Of a DNA stretch of 64,000 bases, positions 27,909 to 36,929 are shown piece after piece. Both the position numbers and the translations under genes were made by a program. The DNA comes from Actinomycetota bacterium (lineage in GTDB: Bacteria > Actinomycetota > Geothermincolia > Fen-727 > JAQUKT01), in the NCBI GenBank assembly GCA_028718945.1, contig JAQUKT010000002.1:7874-71873 (forward strand), given 5' to 3'. Under the pieces are notes generated by a model that saw nothing but the letters and a program-made list of their open reading frames with translations, was not told the DNA's origin and made no database searches. How positions within the stretch are numbered: the stretch's first letter is position 1; the number at the start of each line of letters is the position of its first letter.

Positions 27909-29267
27909 CTAAATCTTTACCGGTTGTCCATTTTTGAGTTTTCTGACATTCTTTGTTATTACCCTATCTCCTCTTGAAAGACCCCTTGTTATTTCTACTT
28001 CGGTCTCCGTTGTGATTCCGGTTTCAACCTCGGTGAGCTTGGCTTTCCCGCCCTCGATCTTGAAAACGTAGTTCCTGCCGTTTTTTTCGAGCATGGCCCC
28101 AGCTGGCACAACGATACTATCCTTTTTGGAAGCGACTGTAACATCGCCGCTTCCAGTCATGCCGATTTTCAGGGGAATGTCGGACATGTCTAATTGAATT
28201 GTGATATCAAAGGCTGTAGCCCCAGCTTCATCTGTGGTTGCCGTGTTTGCGATTTTGGTTACCATCCCTTTGAATCGTTTTTCTGGGTATGCTTCAAGTG
28301 AAACCGAGGCAATCTGGTTGACATTGAACTTGACAACGTCAGTCTCTTCAACCTTGGCGACCATGGACATGTTTCTCAGGTCCACAATTGTGTAAATGGG
28401 GCTGCCTGGAATAATGAAAGACCCCGGGACAAGAGTGCCGCCCGATGGCAGTCCAAAGCCACCGAGCGCAGAACCAAGACCGGAAAGAGACCCGAGTGAG
28501 CCAAGGCTTAAGCCCGCTGGAAGTAGACTCGAAAAACTCGACATTAGTGTGGAAAGCATTCCCTCGAGGGAAAACCCTCCTCCTGTTGGGGTGATGACGG
28601 TGCCCGAGACGGGCGCGGCTATCGTTGCGGCTTGGAGGTCCTTCATCGCGTTTTCAATAGCCTTGTTGGCGGAAGCCTCCTGAGCTCCCGTTGAAGCGCC
28701 TCCAACTCCGGGCAAAGTTGGAATCTGACTCTGTGCTGTTGAAGCAAGGTAATCCTGATACGAGCTTTCAATTGCTTTGATTAAATCCATCCTATACTGT
28801 TCAGGAACTGCAGGTACAATAGATTTTGCGAAGTCGAAAAGGCCAGCAACGCCTGTGTCAACGCTTGTCATAACGGAATTCAAGGATTGTGAGATTTCGG
28901 AGGGGATTGAAGCAAGGCTGTTCATCATCGAAGCCATTGAACGAATGGATTCGAGACCCGCCTTTGCCGCAAGAAGTGCTTGCTCGAGGTCGGTTGAATC
29001 CAGTTTGACCAGCGGCTGACCGGCTTGAACCTCCTGCCCCTCTTGGGCAAATACCTGTTCTACTGTTCCATAGACCTTTGGCATTACCTGGCAGGGATTG
29101 CTGGCTTCTAATTTCCCTAAAACCGTTACTTTTTCCTCTATTTCACGCGGCTCGAGCCGGATTGATTCAACTTTCGTAGGTCCACTGCATCCTGCTGATA
29201 TTGATGCGAGGATTATCAAAAGAACTCCAATTTTACAAGCAAGCCTGCCAATGCGACTGGTTTTCAC
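27909..29267 (-). CDS. efflux periplasmic adaptor subunit (MacA/HlyD family) with Gly/Ser-rich low-complexity insert
   Basis: 452 aa. Lipoprotein-like N-terminus ('LASISAGC'), coiled-coil/lipoyl/beta-barrel organisation and an insert 'LLPAGLSLGSLGSLSGLGSALGGFGLPSGG'. Confidence 0.8.
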   Translation of the reverse strand: MKTSRIGRLACKIGVLLIILASISAGCSGPTKVESIRLEPREIEEKVTVLGKLEASNPCQVMPKVYGTVEQVFAQEGQEVQAGQPLVKLDSTDLEQALLAAKAGLESIRSMASMMNSLASIPSEISQSLNSVMTSVDTGVAGLFDFAKSIVPAVPEQYRMDLIKAIESSYQDYLASTAQSQIPTLPGVGGASTGAQEASANKAIENAMKDLQAATIAAPVSGTVITPTGGGFSLEGMLSTLMSSFSSLLPAGLSLGSLGSLSGLGSALGGFGLPSGGTLVPGSFIIPGSPIYTIVDLRNMSMVAKVEETDVVKFNVNQIASVSLEAYPEKRFKGMVTKIANTATTDEAGATAFDITIQLDMSDIPLKIGMTGSGDVTVASKKDSIVVPAGAMLEKNGRNYVFKIEGGKAKLTEVETGITTETEVEITRGLSRGDRVITKNVRKLKNGQPVKI

Positions 29268-29728
29268 TTCTTCCTCCTCAAGTGTAAAATCTCTTTTCCT
29301 TCCTTTCGCCCATTATCAGATAACTCTTCTTTGTTGCCCCAAAGAATCCATTCCCTTGTCTTCAAAGATGAGCCTTAATATTCTTTTGTCAGGTTTTCTC
29401 ATACACCTTCTTGCAATTACATTTTCTTCAAGTTTGTCGGTGAACCTCCATTTTCTGCGGGAAGTACATTCCGAATAGATCTGAATAGCGGCCCCCAACC
29501 ACCAAACCTCTTCGATTCGATGTTTTCCGCAAAACTTCTCGTTTTTGGTTATCGCGCTTTCAACCATCGATGCTACATAAATGTTGCTGTTTGATCATAC
29601 CATTGTTCAACGCGCAACGCACCTGCTAATTTGTATTAGCCGTTGAAATATTTTATCAACAGGGATTTTGATGTCAATTTCATTGGTTTTCTCTCGGCTG
29701 ATGGAGTCTCACTGAACTCGAGCGCAAG

Positions 29729-30676
29729 CTAAATGTGAAAGATGATTGAAGAGAGAAATACGAGTCCGTTGTAAGTGGCATGAAGTGCAACTGGAGCTGA
29801 GATTGAACGATTTTTTGCGTAAAGATAACATGCGCATAACCCGATGAGGAACCTCGGAATAAATCCAATAACCCAGAGGATCGAACCTTCCGTGTGAAGA
29901 GCGGCGAAAACAATCCCATTCATGATCATCGCATTCCGAACGCCCAGTTGGTTTCCCATTGCCGGGAAGAGGTAGCCACGAAAGAAAATCTCCTCGAAAA
30001 GAGGGGCAAGAACCACGATTGTCACAAACAAAATGAAAATGTAAAATGGACCAACCCCGCCCTGCAGGGATTTTGTAAGCATATCATCCTTGGTTGGACC
30101 AATGATAAACTGCCATATTTTTTCCACGAGTATTGCCACAAAGAACAGGGGGACCCCCAAGGCAAGCCCCTTGAGAGACTCCAAGAAATTACAACCATTG
30201 CCCAAGCCTATGTTCCCAAGGCTTCCACCATGCCTTGAGCCGACTGAATATGATACCCCGAAGTACAGCAGAGCATAAAAGATGGCGCTGGTAATGAACG
30301 TGAGGATTACGAACGCCTCTGGATTGGAAGAGGCGGAAGTAGCCCCTACCGCGGATAGGAGGACCGTGGATATTGCCCCAAGAGCAGTGACAACCAAAAG
30401 GGCAATTCCAAATATTATGAGCGCTTCGCCTACTCCCCATTTCGCCTCCGGGAAAGAGTTCTCGCTTCGGGATGTTTTTCCAATAGGAGGTTTGTGCTCC
30501 TGGTACCCTGTTTCATTTGGCTGGGCGTAGAGAATGGCATTTGCGCATGTCTGGCAGTAATTGCGGTTTCCTACAATGCGCCTGCAAGAGGCACAAACCA
30601 GGCGCCCGCAGATAACGCACTTTGCGACTGCGACTCTATTCGCGTGGACGTAGCACGTTTCTAACCCCGGATTCAT
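29729..30676 (-). CDS. CPBP-family intramembrane metalloprotease (Abi/CAAX protease) with N-terminal zinc-ribbon
   Basis: 315 aa. N-terminal Cys4 'CVICGRLVC...CQTC'. Multiple TM segments and CPBP motifs 'EEIFFRGYL' and 'FAALH'. Confidence 0.75.
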   Translation of the reverse strand: MNPGLETCYVHANRVAVAKCVICGRLVCASCRRIVGNRNYCQTCANAILYAQPNETGYQEHKPPIGKTSRSENSFPEAKWGVGEALIIFGIALLVVTALGAISTVLLSAVGATSASSNPEAFVILTFITSAIFYALLYFGVSYSVGSRHGGSLGNIGLGNGCNFLESLKGLALGVPLFFVAILVEKIWQFIIGPTKDDMLTKSLQGGVGPFYIFILFVTIVVLAPLFEEIFFRGYLFPAMGNQLGVRNAMIMNGIVFAALHTEGSILWVIGFIPRFLIGLCACYLYAKNRSISAPVALHATYNGLVFLSSIIFHI

Positions 30677-30706
30677 TCAGCACCACGGACGTCGAGACAG
30701 TCCATT

Positions 30707-31711
30707 TCAAATGTTCCCACTTTTGATGAGAAGTTCGGCGATTTGGATTGCATTGAGTGCGGCGCCCTTTCGCAGATTGTCGCTAACAATCCACATATTG
30801 AGGGAGTTCTCACGGGAAAAATCAAGCCTAATGCGTCCAACGAAAGTAGCATCCTTTCCAACGCAGTGGATTGGAACCGGGTACAGATTTTTTTCGGGCT
30901 CATCGACAACCTCGATACCAGGTGAATCATTTAAGACCTGGCGAGCCAGGTCGGGCGTAATTCGCTTTTCGAATTCAATGTTTACCGACTCGCTGTGTCC
31001 AACGAAAACAGGCACCCTGACGGTTGTTGCAGTTACTGGAAGATCCGGGATTCCCATGATTTTTCGGGTCTCGTTTACCATCTTCATTTCTTCCTTCGTG
31101 TACCCGTTTTCGAGAAATTCATCTATATGTGGAAGGCAGTTGTACGCTATCTGGTGAGGGTAAACGCTCTTGGTCACTGGTTTTCCCTCCTCGATCTGCC
31201 GCACCTGCCCTTTCAACTCCTCAACGGCTTCTTTGCCCGTGCCGGATACGGACTGGAATGTTGTTACGACGACCCTTTTTATGACAAATCTCCGGTGAAG
31301 GGGCGCAAGTGCAACCACCAGCTGTATGGTGGAGCAGTTCGGGTTTGCAATTATTCCCTTGTTGGCGAAGGCAGCATCCGGGTTGACCTCGGGGACGATG
31401 AGAGGAACATCGGGGTCCATCCTGAACGCGCTTGAATTGTCAATGACAGCAGCTCCGCGCTCCGAGGCAATGGGAGCAAATTCCTTGGAAATAGAGGCGC
31501 CGGCGGAGAAGAGAGCTATGTCTATGCTGAGAAACGATTCGCCAGATAGAACCTCAACCGGAATCTGTTTTCCCCTGAACGAAAAATTTCTTCCACGCGA
31601 GCGTTCAGAGGCAAGAAGACGAAGAGAATCTACGGGGAAGTTTCTCTCATCAAGAATTTTTTGCATTTCAATGCCAACCATTCCGGTGGCGCCCACAATT
31701 GCTACGTTCAT
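30707..31711 (-). CDS. asd: aspartate-semialdehyde dehydrogenase
   Basis: 334 aa. 'VAIVGATGMVG' NAD(P)-binding motif and active-site 'NPNCSTIQLV' cysteine motif. Confidence 0.9.
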   Translation of the reverse strand: MNVAIVGATGMVGIEMQKILDERNFPVDSLRLLASERSRGRNFSFRGKQIPVEVLSGESFLSIDIALFSAGASISKEFAPIASERGAAVIDNSSAFRMDPDVPLIVPEVNPDAAFANKGIIANPNCSTIQLVVALAPLHRRFVIKRVVVTTFQSVSGTGKEAVEELKGQVRQIEEGKPVTKSVYPHQIAYNCLPHIDEFLENGYTKEEMKMVNETRKIMGIPDLPVTATTVRVPVFVGHSESVNIEFEKRITPDLARQVLNDSPGIEVVDEPEKNLYPVPIHCVGKDATFVGRIRLDFSRENSLNMWIVSDNLRKGAALNAIQIAELLIKSGNI

Positions 31712-31818
31712 TTCATCACCTGCTTATTGAGGATAACATAAAGAGCGCTCTTTTGTGTTTGTAGTCTGCCTTGAGTATCGGGAGTTGTTTCAAAGAGAAA
31801 AGAGGGCTCAACTCGGAA

Positions 31819-33027
31819 TCAAAGTCCGAATTCTTTGTGGAGCACGCGGACTGCCTTCTCCCCGTTTTCTTCCCTGACGACAACAGAAATCTTGATCGGA
31901 GAGGTGCTTATCATTTCTATGTTCATGCCGTTTTCCGCAAGGGTCCTGAACATACGCGCTGCAATGCCGGGATTGGTTTTCATCCCTGCGCCGATCAGGC
32001 TTACTTTTGCTATTCTCTCGTCAAACCTCGTGTCTTTTGCATGTATCGACTCTGCGATTTTCATTGATATTTTGCGAACATCTCGAAGGTCATCTTGATT
32101 CACCGTAAAAGAGATGTCAGTCCTTTCCTTTTCGCTGACATTCTGAATGATCATGTCAACATTGATATTGGCATCGGCCAGTGCGCCAAACAACTCGGCG
32201 GCGACGCCCGGTTTGTCCGGGACGCCGAGGAAAGTAACCTTTGCTTCACTTGAGTCATGTGTTACTGCGCTTACGATTGGTTTTTCCATGATTTTATCCT
32301 CACTCCTTACCCAGGTTCCCTCCCCTTCGTGGAAACTCGACCTAACGTGAAGGGGAACATTGTAATTTCGCGCGTATTCGACAGAGCGGGACTGCAAGAC
32401 TTTAGCGCCGGTTGCGGCCATCTCGAGCATCTCCAGGTAAGAGACCTCGTCAATCTTGTGAGCCCCTGGCACGACCTTCGGGTCTGCCGTAAAAACTCCG
32501 TCCACATCGGTATATATTTCACAGTAGTCAGCATGGAGCGTTGCGGCGAGTGCAACAGCTGTTGTGTCCGAGCCACCTCTCCCAAGAGTAGTTATCTCAC
32601 CATCACTGGTGACACCCTGGAAGCCTGCTACTACAACTATTTTCCCCTTTCTCAATTCCTGTATTACTCGCTCTGCTCCCACATGCCTGATTTTCGCTTT
32701 CGTGTGACCCGTATCTGTGATTATTTCAACCTGCTGCCCGGTCATGCTGACAGCATCAGCGCCCATTTCGTTGAGCGCCATGGCAAGAAGAGCCATCGAG
32801 ACGTTCTCGCCGGTTGAAAGTAGCATGTCAGTTTCTCTCTCAGGCGGGTTGCTTGTTATCTGTCTCGCGAGCTCTAATAACTGGTCGGTTGTATCGCCGA
32901 GCGCACTCACCACAACCACCAGATGGTCGATTCGCTTCTTACTCTCAGCCACACGTCTGGCTACATTCTTTATTTTCTTTACATCCGCAACGGACGTTCC
33001 TCCGAACTTCTGAACAACTAAAGACAT
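31819..33027 (-). CDS. lysC: aspartate kinase
   Basis: 402 aa. '[10 protein letters not shown]' N-terminus, a kinase domain and two C-terminal ACT domains. Confidence 0.9.
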   Translation of the reverse strand: MSLVVQKFGGTSVADVKKIKNVARRVAESKKRIDHLVVVVSALGDTTDQLLELARQITSNPPERETDMLLSTGENVSMALLAMALNEMGADAVSMTGQQVEIITDTGHTKAKIRHVGAERVIQELRKGKIVVVAGFQGVTSDGEITTLGRGGSDTTAVALAATLHADYCEIYTDVDGVFTADPKVVPGAHKIDEVSYLEMLEMAATGAKVLQSRSVEYARNYNVPLHVRSSFHEGEGTWVRSEDKIMEKPIVSAVTHDSSEAKVTFLGVPDKPGVAAELFGALADANINVDMIIQNVSEKERTDISFTVNQDDLRDVRKISMKIAESIHAKDTRFDERIAKVSLIGAGMKTNPGIAARMFRTLAENGMNIEMISTSPIKISVVVREENGEKAVRVLHKEFGL

Positions 33028-33121
33028 CCTTCCTCCAAGAAGGGGTCAGGTCTTGCAAGGACACATTTTTGGATTTCCTCTTTCTGACCGGAAACATTCT
33101 AAGCGAGTTATCCGGAATGTT

Positions 33122-35410
33122 TTAAGCTTTGATGGCATTTTCCTTGCTGCAAGTTTCGGGGTCTCGCATGCGCTCTGGTGCCTTGTAGCGAAGAAGCGAC
33201 TTGTTTATGGGTCCGAGTTTCTTGATTGCGTCAACCATGTTCTTTATTGTACTTGCGAATTTTTCTCCCTCGGAAGCTGAAATCCAGGCAAGTTCAAGCC
33301 TTTCGGGTTCGATTCCTAAGGCTTCGATATATTCTTTTAGCGCATTGTAGCGCTTTTCGGTCATTAGGTTCGCGGATATATAGTGGCAGTCTCCAATGTG
33401 GCATCCGGACATAAGCACGCCATCAGCGTTGTGCCTGAAGGCCTCTAAAACATAAAGCGGATCTATTCTTGCGGAACACATGAGTCTTATTATCCTTACA
33501 TTTGGAGGGTACTGCATGCGGGAAACCCCTGCATAGTCTGCGCCCGCGTACGAACACCAGTTGCAGGTAAATGCAAGGATCTGTGGCTCGAAGCCCTTTC
33601 CAGGTTTCGTTGGCTCCGGGAAAGCAGCCTTTATCTGCGCAAGTGTTTGGTCCTCCGTGAAATGCTGGGTTTTTATGGCAAGAGTGGGGCAGCCCGCCGC
33701 GCACGCTCCGCATCCTTTGCACAGTGCCGGATTTATTGATGAGACAAGTCTCATCTGTTCATTGATGACCATTTTTACAGCGCCAAACGGACACACCCAC
33801 TCACAGAAACCGCAACCGATGCAGGAATCCTCATCGACGCGTGAGGTTATTGCTTCAGTGCGAACGATTCCCTGCCTCATCGGATTGACCGCGTGAGAGG
33901 CGGCAGCATGAGCCTGTGCGACGCTCTCTGCAACATCTTTTGGTCCTTGGGCTGTTCCGCAGACGTATATGCCATCCGTTGCAAAGTCAACAGGTCTTAA
34001 CTTTGTGTGCGCTTCAAAAAAGAACTTATCCTGCCCAATTGGAACCCGCAAGTATTTTGAAAGAGAAAGACCGTCTTCTGTCTGGATTAGCGGGGTGGAA
34101 AGAACTACGAGGTCAGCGGGATAGGAAGCTTCCCTTTGAAGGAGGTCGAGGTATGTCCTTACCTCGAGTCGCCCATCTTTTTCCGCCACCTCGGGTATTT
34201 TTTCGGGATCAAATTTTCTGAACCTTATTCCTGCGGCTCGAGCTTTCCTGTACCATTCCTCCTGTATTACTCCATAGACTTCAATATCGTTATGAAGTAT
34301 GCTAACGCGCGCGTCGGGAAACTTTTCCTTGATGTTGAGCGCATTTTTTATCGCCACCATGCAGCAAATTCTGCTACAATACGAAACAAGCATGCCCCGG
34401 CTTCCCGCGCATTGTATCATCACAACATCGTGAAGAGCAGGAAGTCTGTCATCTAAAAGCATTTTCTCAAGCTCGCCCTGAGTGATGACATCTTTCAATT
34501 TTCCATATCCGTAAAGCCCTTCAGGCTTCAGTTCGGAAGAGCCGGACGCGACAATTATAGTTCCACACTTTATCGAGAAATCACCTTGCTTTGATGTAAT
34601 TTCAACCTCAAAATTTCCGAAGAATCCCTTGACTGACTTGATAAGCACATCGGTGTAAAGATGTACCTTGGGATTTGAGTTTATTCTTTCAATATAGCCT
34701 TTGATTAATCGCTTAGGATCCGCTCCTGTTGGGGTCAGATTATAAAGGGAGTTGAGCATCCCCCCTGGTTGTGATTCTTTCTCCAACAAGTGAACATCAT
34801 ATCCCTGTTCAGCGATTGAAAGGGCTGCGGTCATTCCGGAAATGCCCGCTCCTATTATGCATGATACAGGATTGATTTCTACAGAAATGTCTTCAAGACC
34901 CTCCAGATGAGAGACCCTCATCACGCTCATTCTTACAAGGTCTTTAGCCTTCTCGGTTGCCCTTTCCCAGTCGTGCATGTGCACCCATGAACACTGGTCT
35001 CTTATGTTTGCGAACTCGAAAAGATACTTGTTGAGCCCCGCGTCCTCGCATGCTTTTCGGAACAGGGGTTCATGTGTTCGAGGAGTGCAGGCGGCCACCA
35101 CCACTCTGTTGAGGTTGTGTTTTGAAATAGCTTCCTTGATTGAAGCGATACCGTCTTCTGCGCATGTATACAGGTTTCTCTTCACGTATTTCACATTGGG
35201 AAGAGTCTCTGCGTACTCTGCCACCTCTTCAACATCCAAGAAGCCCGCAATATTGGCACCGCAATGGCAAATAAAGACGCCAACTCTTGGTTCGGCCTTT
35301 TCCGGCTCAGTTGGTTTTTCTCTTGAAGGTTTTGCGGGTTTGCCCTGCGCACTCTTTACGGTAGCTCGGCTTCTCGCCACCTTTTCGGTGGCCGCCTTCA
35401 CTTCGCCCAA
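33122..35410 (-). CDS. HdrA-like flavoprotein (C-terminal-half type) fused to MvhD/FlpD domain (TTG start)
   Basis: 762 aa. Contains 'GVFICHCGANIAG', 'VVVAACTPRTHE...FANIRDQCSWVH', FAD motif 'CIIGAGISGMTAAL', two ferredoxin motifs 'CIGCGFCEWVCP' and 'CKGCGACAAGCP', and the MvhD domain 'ILAFTCNWCSYAGADYAGVSRMQYPPNVRIIRLMCSARIDP...SGCHIGDCHY'. Confidence 0.8.
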   Translation of the reverse strand: MGEVKAATEKVARSRATVKSAQGKPAKPSREKPTEPEKAEPRVGVFICHCGANIAGFLDVEEVAEYAETLPNVKYVKRNLYTCAEDGIASIKEAISKHNLNRVVVAACTPRTHEPLFRKACEDAGLNKYLFEFANIRDQCSWVHMHDWERATEKAKDLVRMSVMRVSHLEGLEDISVEINPVSCIIGAGISGMTAALSIAEQGYDVHLLEKESQPGGMLNSLYNLTPTGADPKRLIKGYIERINSNPKVHLYTDVLIKSVKGFFGNFEVEITSKQGDFSIKCGTIIVASGSSELKPEGLYGYGKLKDVITQGELEKMLLDDRLPALHDVVMIQCAGSRGMLVSYCSRICCMVAIKNALNIKEKFPDARVSILHNDIEVYGVIQEEWYRKARAAGIRFRKFDPEKIPEVAEKDGRLEVRTYLDLLQREASYPADLVVLSTPLIQTEDGLSLSKYLRVPIGQDKFFFEAHTKLRPVDFATDGIYVCGTAQGPKDVAESVAQAHAAASHAVNPMRQGIVRTEAITSRVDEDSCIGCGFCEWVCPFGAVKMVINEQMRLVSSINPALCKGCGACAAGCPTLAIKTQHFTEDQTLAQIKAAFPEPTKPGKGFEPQILAFTCNWCSYAGADYAGVSRMQYPPNVRIIRLMCSARIDPLYVLEAFRHNADGVLMSGCHIGDCHYISANLMTEKRYNALKEYIEALGIEPERLELAWISASEGEKFASTIKNMVDAIKKLGPINKSLLRYKAPERMRDPETCSKENAIKA

Positions 35411-35425
35411 CTGCTTTGTCCCCCC

Positions 35426-35569
35426 CTACTTCTTTGTCGGCTTCTTCGCAGCTTTCTTTGCCGGCTTCTTCGCAGCTTTCTTCGCAGCTTTCTTCGCAGC
35501 TTTCTTTGCCGGCTTCTTCGCAGCTTTCTTTGCCGGCTTCTTCGCAGCTTTCTTCTTTGCAGTTGCCAT
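35426..35569 (-). CDS. 47-aa Lys/Ala-repeat basic micro-protein (histone H1-like / HupB-tail-like AKKAAKKP repeats)
   Basis: ATG preceded by a strong RBS GGAGGTG (6-nt spacing). Translation MATAKKKAAKKPAKKAAKKPAKKAAKKAAKKAAKKPAKKAAKKPTKK. The TAG stop lies 15 nt before the hdrA-mvhD TTG start. The underlying DNA is a 24-nt-period tandem repeat. Not in the ORF track because it is under 60 aa. Confidence 0.5.
   Translation of the reverse strand: MATAKKKAAKKPAKKAAKKPAKKAAKKAAKKAAKKPAKKAAKKPTKK
35429..35566. repeat. tandem DNA repeat (period about 24 nt, about 5.5 copies) encoding AKKAAKKP units
   Basis: 'ggcttcttcgcagctttctttgcc' iterated. It produces spurious repetitive ORFs in other frames (FFAAFFAG, SCEEAGKE). 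Confidence 0.85.
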
Positions 35570-35579
35570 CTCCCACCTC

Positions 35580-36923
35580 CTATCTTTCCTTACCGACTTT
35601 TACCTCGACCTTAGCCCTGTTTTCTTCAATCTCGTGTGCAGCCCTATCTGCGGCTGCCCCTCCTTGTGTTACTGCATCTGTCACATCCATGGGGCGCGTG
35701 CATGCACCGGCTATGAAGACGCCGGGCACGTTTGTGTCCATTGGCGCAAGAAGATCATCTCGGGCCTTGAAAAACCCGAACTTGTCTGATTCTACACCAA
35801 GAGTTTTCGCAAGTTTTTCAATTCCCTTAGGCGGAACGAATGCCACTGATAGAACTACCATTTCAACTTCAAGCTTCTTAACGCCGCCTGATTCCGTATC
35901 ATCATACCAGATGTAAAGATTCTTTGTTTTTTCATCTTCTGTTATTTCACCTGGTCTTGCTCTTATGTACTTTATCTTATATTCATCCCTTCCTCTTCTT
36001 ATATATTCATCGAAACCTCTGCCGAATGCTCTTATATCTGTGTAAAAAATAAAGTTTTCGGTATCACCGTTGTGCATGTACGCAAGCATCGCGTCCTTTG
36101 TTGCATACATGCAGCATACTGAGCAACAATACGGATGACCAGACTTCAAATCCCTTGCGCCAACGCATTGAATATACGCGATTCTCTTAGGTCTTTCGCC
36201 ATCCGAACGGCGTGTGAGATTCCCCCCGGTTGGTCCACCGGCGTTTATTAGCCTTTCGTATTCCATGGAGTGAATAACGTTTTCAAAACGACCATAACCA
36301 TATTCAGTTACGGGTGTTGGGTCAAAGATGTCGAGCCCGGTTGCCACGATAATAGACCCGACGTTGAGGTTTATGATTTCATCCTTCATTTTGAAATCAA
36401 TTGCCTCTCGGGCACATGCGGTCAGACACTTTGACTTACACTTCCCCTTGGTGAATAAAAGACAGCTTTCAGGGTCAACAAGAGCGGCTCTCGGGACCGC
36501 CTGCGCGAATGGGATGTAAACCGCAGCTCGTTTGCCCAAACCCTCGTCCCACTCGTTTGGGATTCTATTTGAAAGCACACACTCTTCCGCACAGCTTCCG
36601 CATCCGGTACATTTACTCTCATCAATGTATCGTGAATGCTTTCTTACTCTCACACTAAAATTGCCAGACCTCCCCTGGAGTTTCTCCACTTCGGCATAAG
36701 TGATCACTTCTATTTTTGAATGATTGAAGCACGTTATCATTTTTGGGGCTAAAATGCATATCGAGCAATCGTTGGTAGGAAAGACCTTGTCGAGAAGTGC
36801 CATCCTTCCCCCGATTGACGGTTTTTTCTCAACAAGATATACATCATATCCCTTATCGCCGAGGTCAAGGGAAGCTTGAATTCCGCAAACACCACCGCCA
36901 ATCACCAGAACCGAGTCTGACAT
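35580..36923 (-). CDS. HdrA-like FAD-dependent oxidoreductase (N-terminal-half type with inserted ferredoxin domain)
   Basis: 447 aa. 'VLVIGGGVCGIQASLDLG' FAD motif, 'FPTNDCSICIL', inserted 4Fe-4S 'CTGCGSCAEEC', 'YIQCVGARD' and 'CCSVCCMYATK'. Homologous to residues 1-440 of the 1002-aa HdrA at 38685-41693. Confidence 0.8.
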   Translation of the reverse strand: MSDSVLVIGGGVCGIQASLDLGDKGYDVYLVEKKPSIGGRMALLDKVFPTNDCSICILAPKMITCFNHSKIEVITYAEVEKLQGRSGNFSVRVRKHSRYIDESKCTGCGSCAEECVLSNRIPNEWDEGLGKRAAVYIPFAQAVPRAALVDPESCLLFTKGKCKSKCLTACAREAIDFKMKDEIINLNVGSIIVATGLDIFDPTPVTEYGYGRFENVIHSMEYERLINAGGPTGGNLTRRSDGERPKRIAYIQCVGARDLKSGHPYCCSVCCMYATKDAMLAYMHNGDTENFIFYTDIRAFGRGFDEYIRRGRDEYKIKYIRARPGEITEDEKTKNLYIWYDDTESGGVKKLEVEMVVLSVAFVPPKGIEKLAKTLGVESDKFGFFKARDDLLAPMDTNVPGVFIAGACTRPMDVTDAVTQGGAAADRAAHEIEENRAKVEVKVGKER

Positions 36924-36929
36924 ATTATC

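Noticed and set aside
29316-29567. 83-aa minus-strand ORF between the CPBP protease and the efflux adaptor gene
   Set aside because: It has no RBS and no recognisable domain. The region is more simply the promoter/leader of the macA-macB operon. It was kept out of the feature list, although a small regulator cannot be excluded.
35307-35576. 89-aa minus-strand ORF 'MGDGNCKEESCEEAGKESCEEAGK...' over the same repeat
   Set aside because: This is an alternative frame of the AKK repeat. It starts at a GTG with no RBS and runs 100 nt into the well-supported hdrA-mvhD N-terminus. The AKK frame has a consensus RBS and stops before hdrA.
34977-35789. 270-aa plus-strand ORF with striking 'FFAAFFAGFFAA' repeats
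   Set aside because: It is antisense to hdrA. Its repetitive section is just another frame of the 24-nt AKK tandem repeat and shows no RBS or domain logic.
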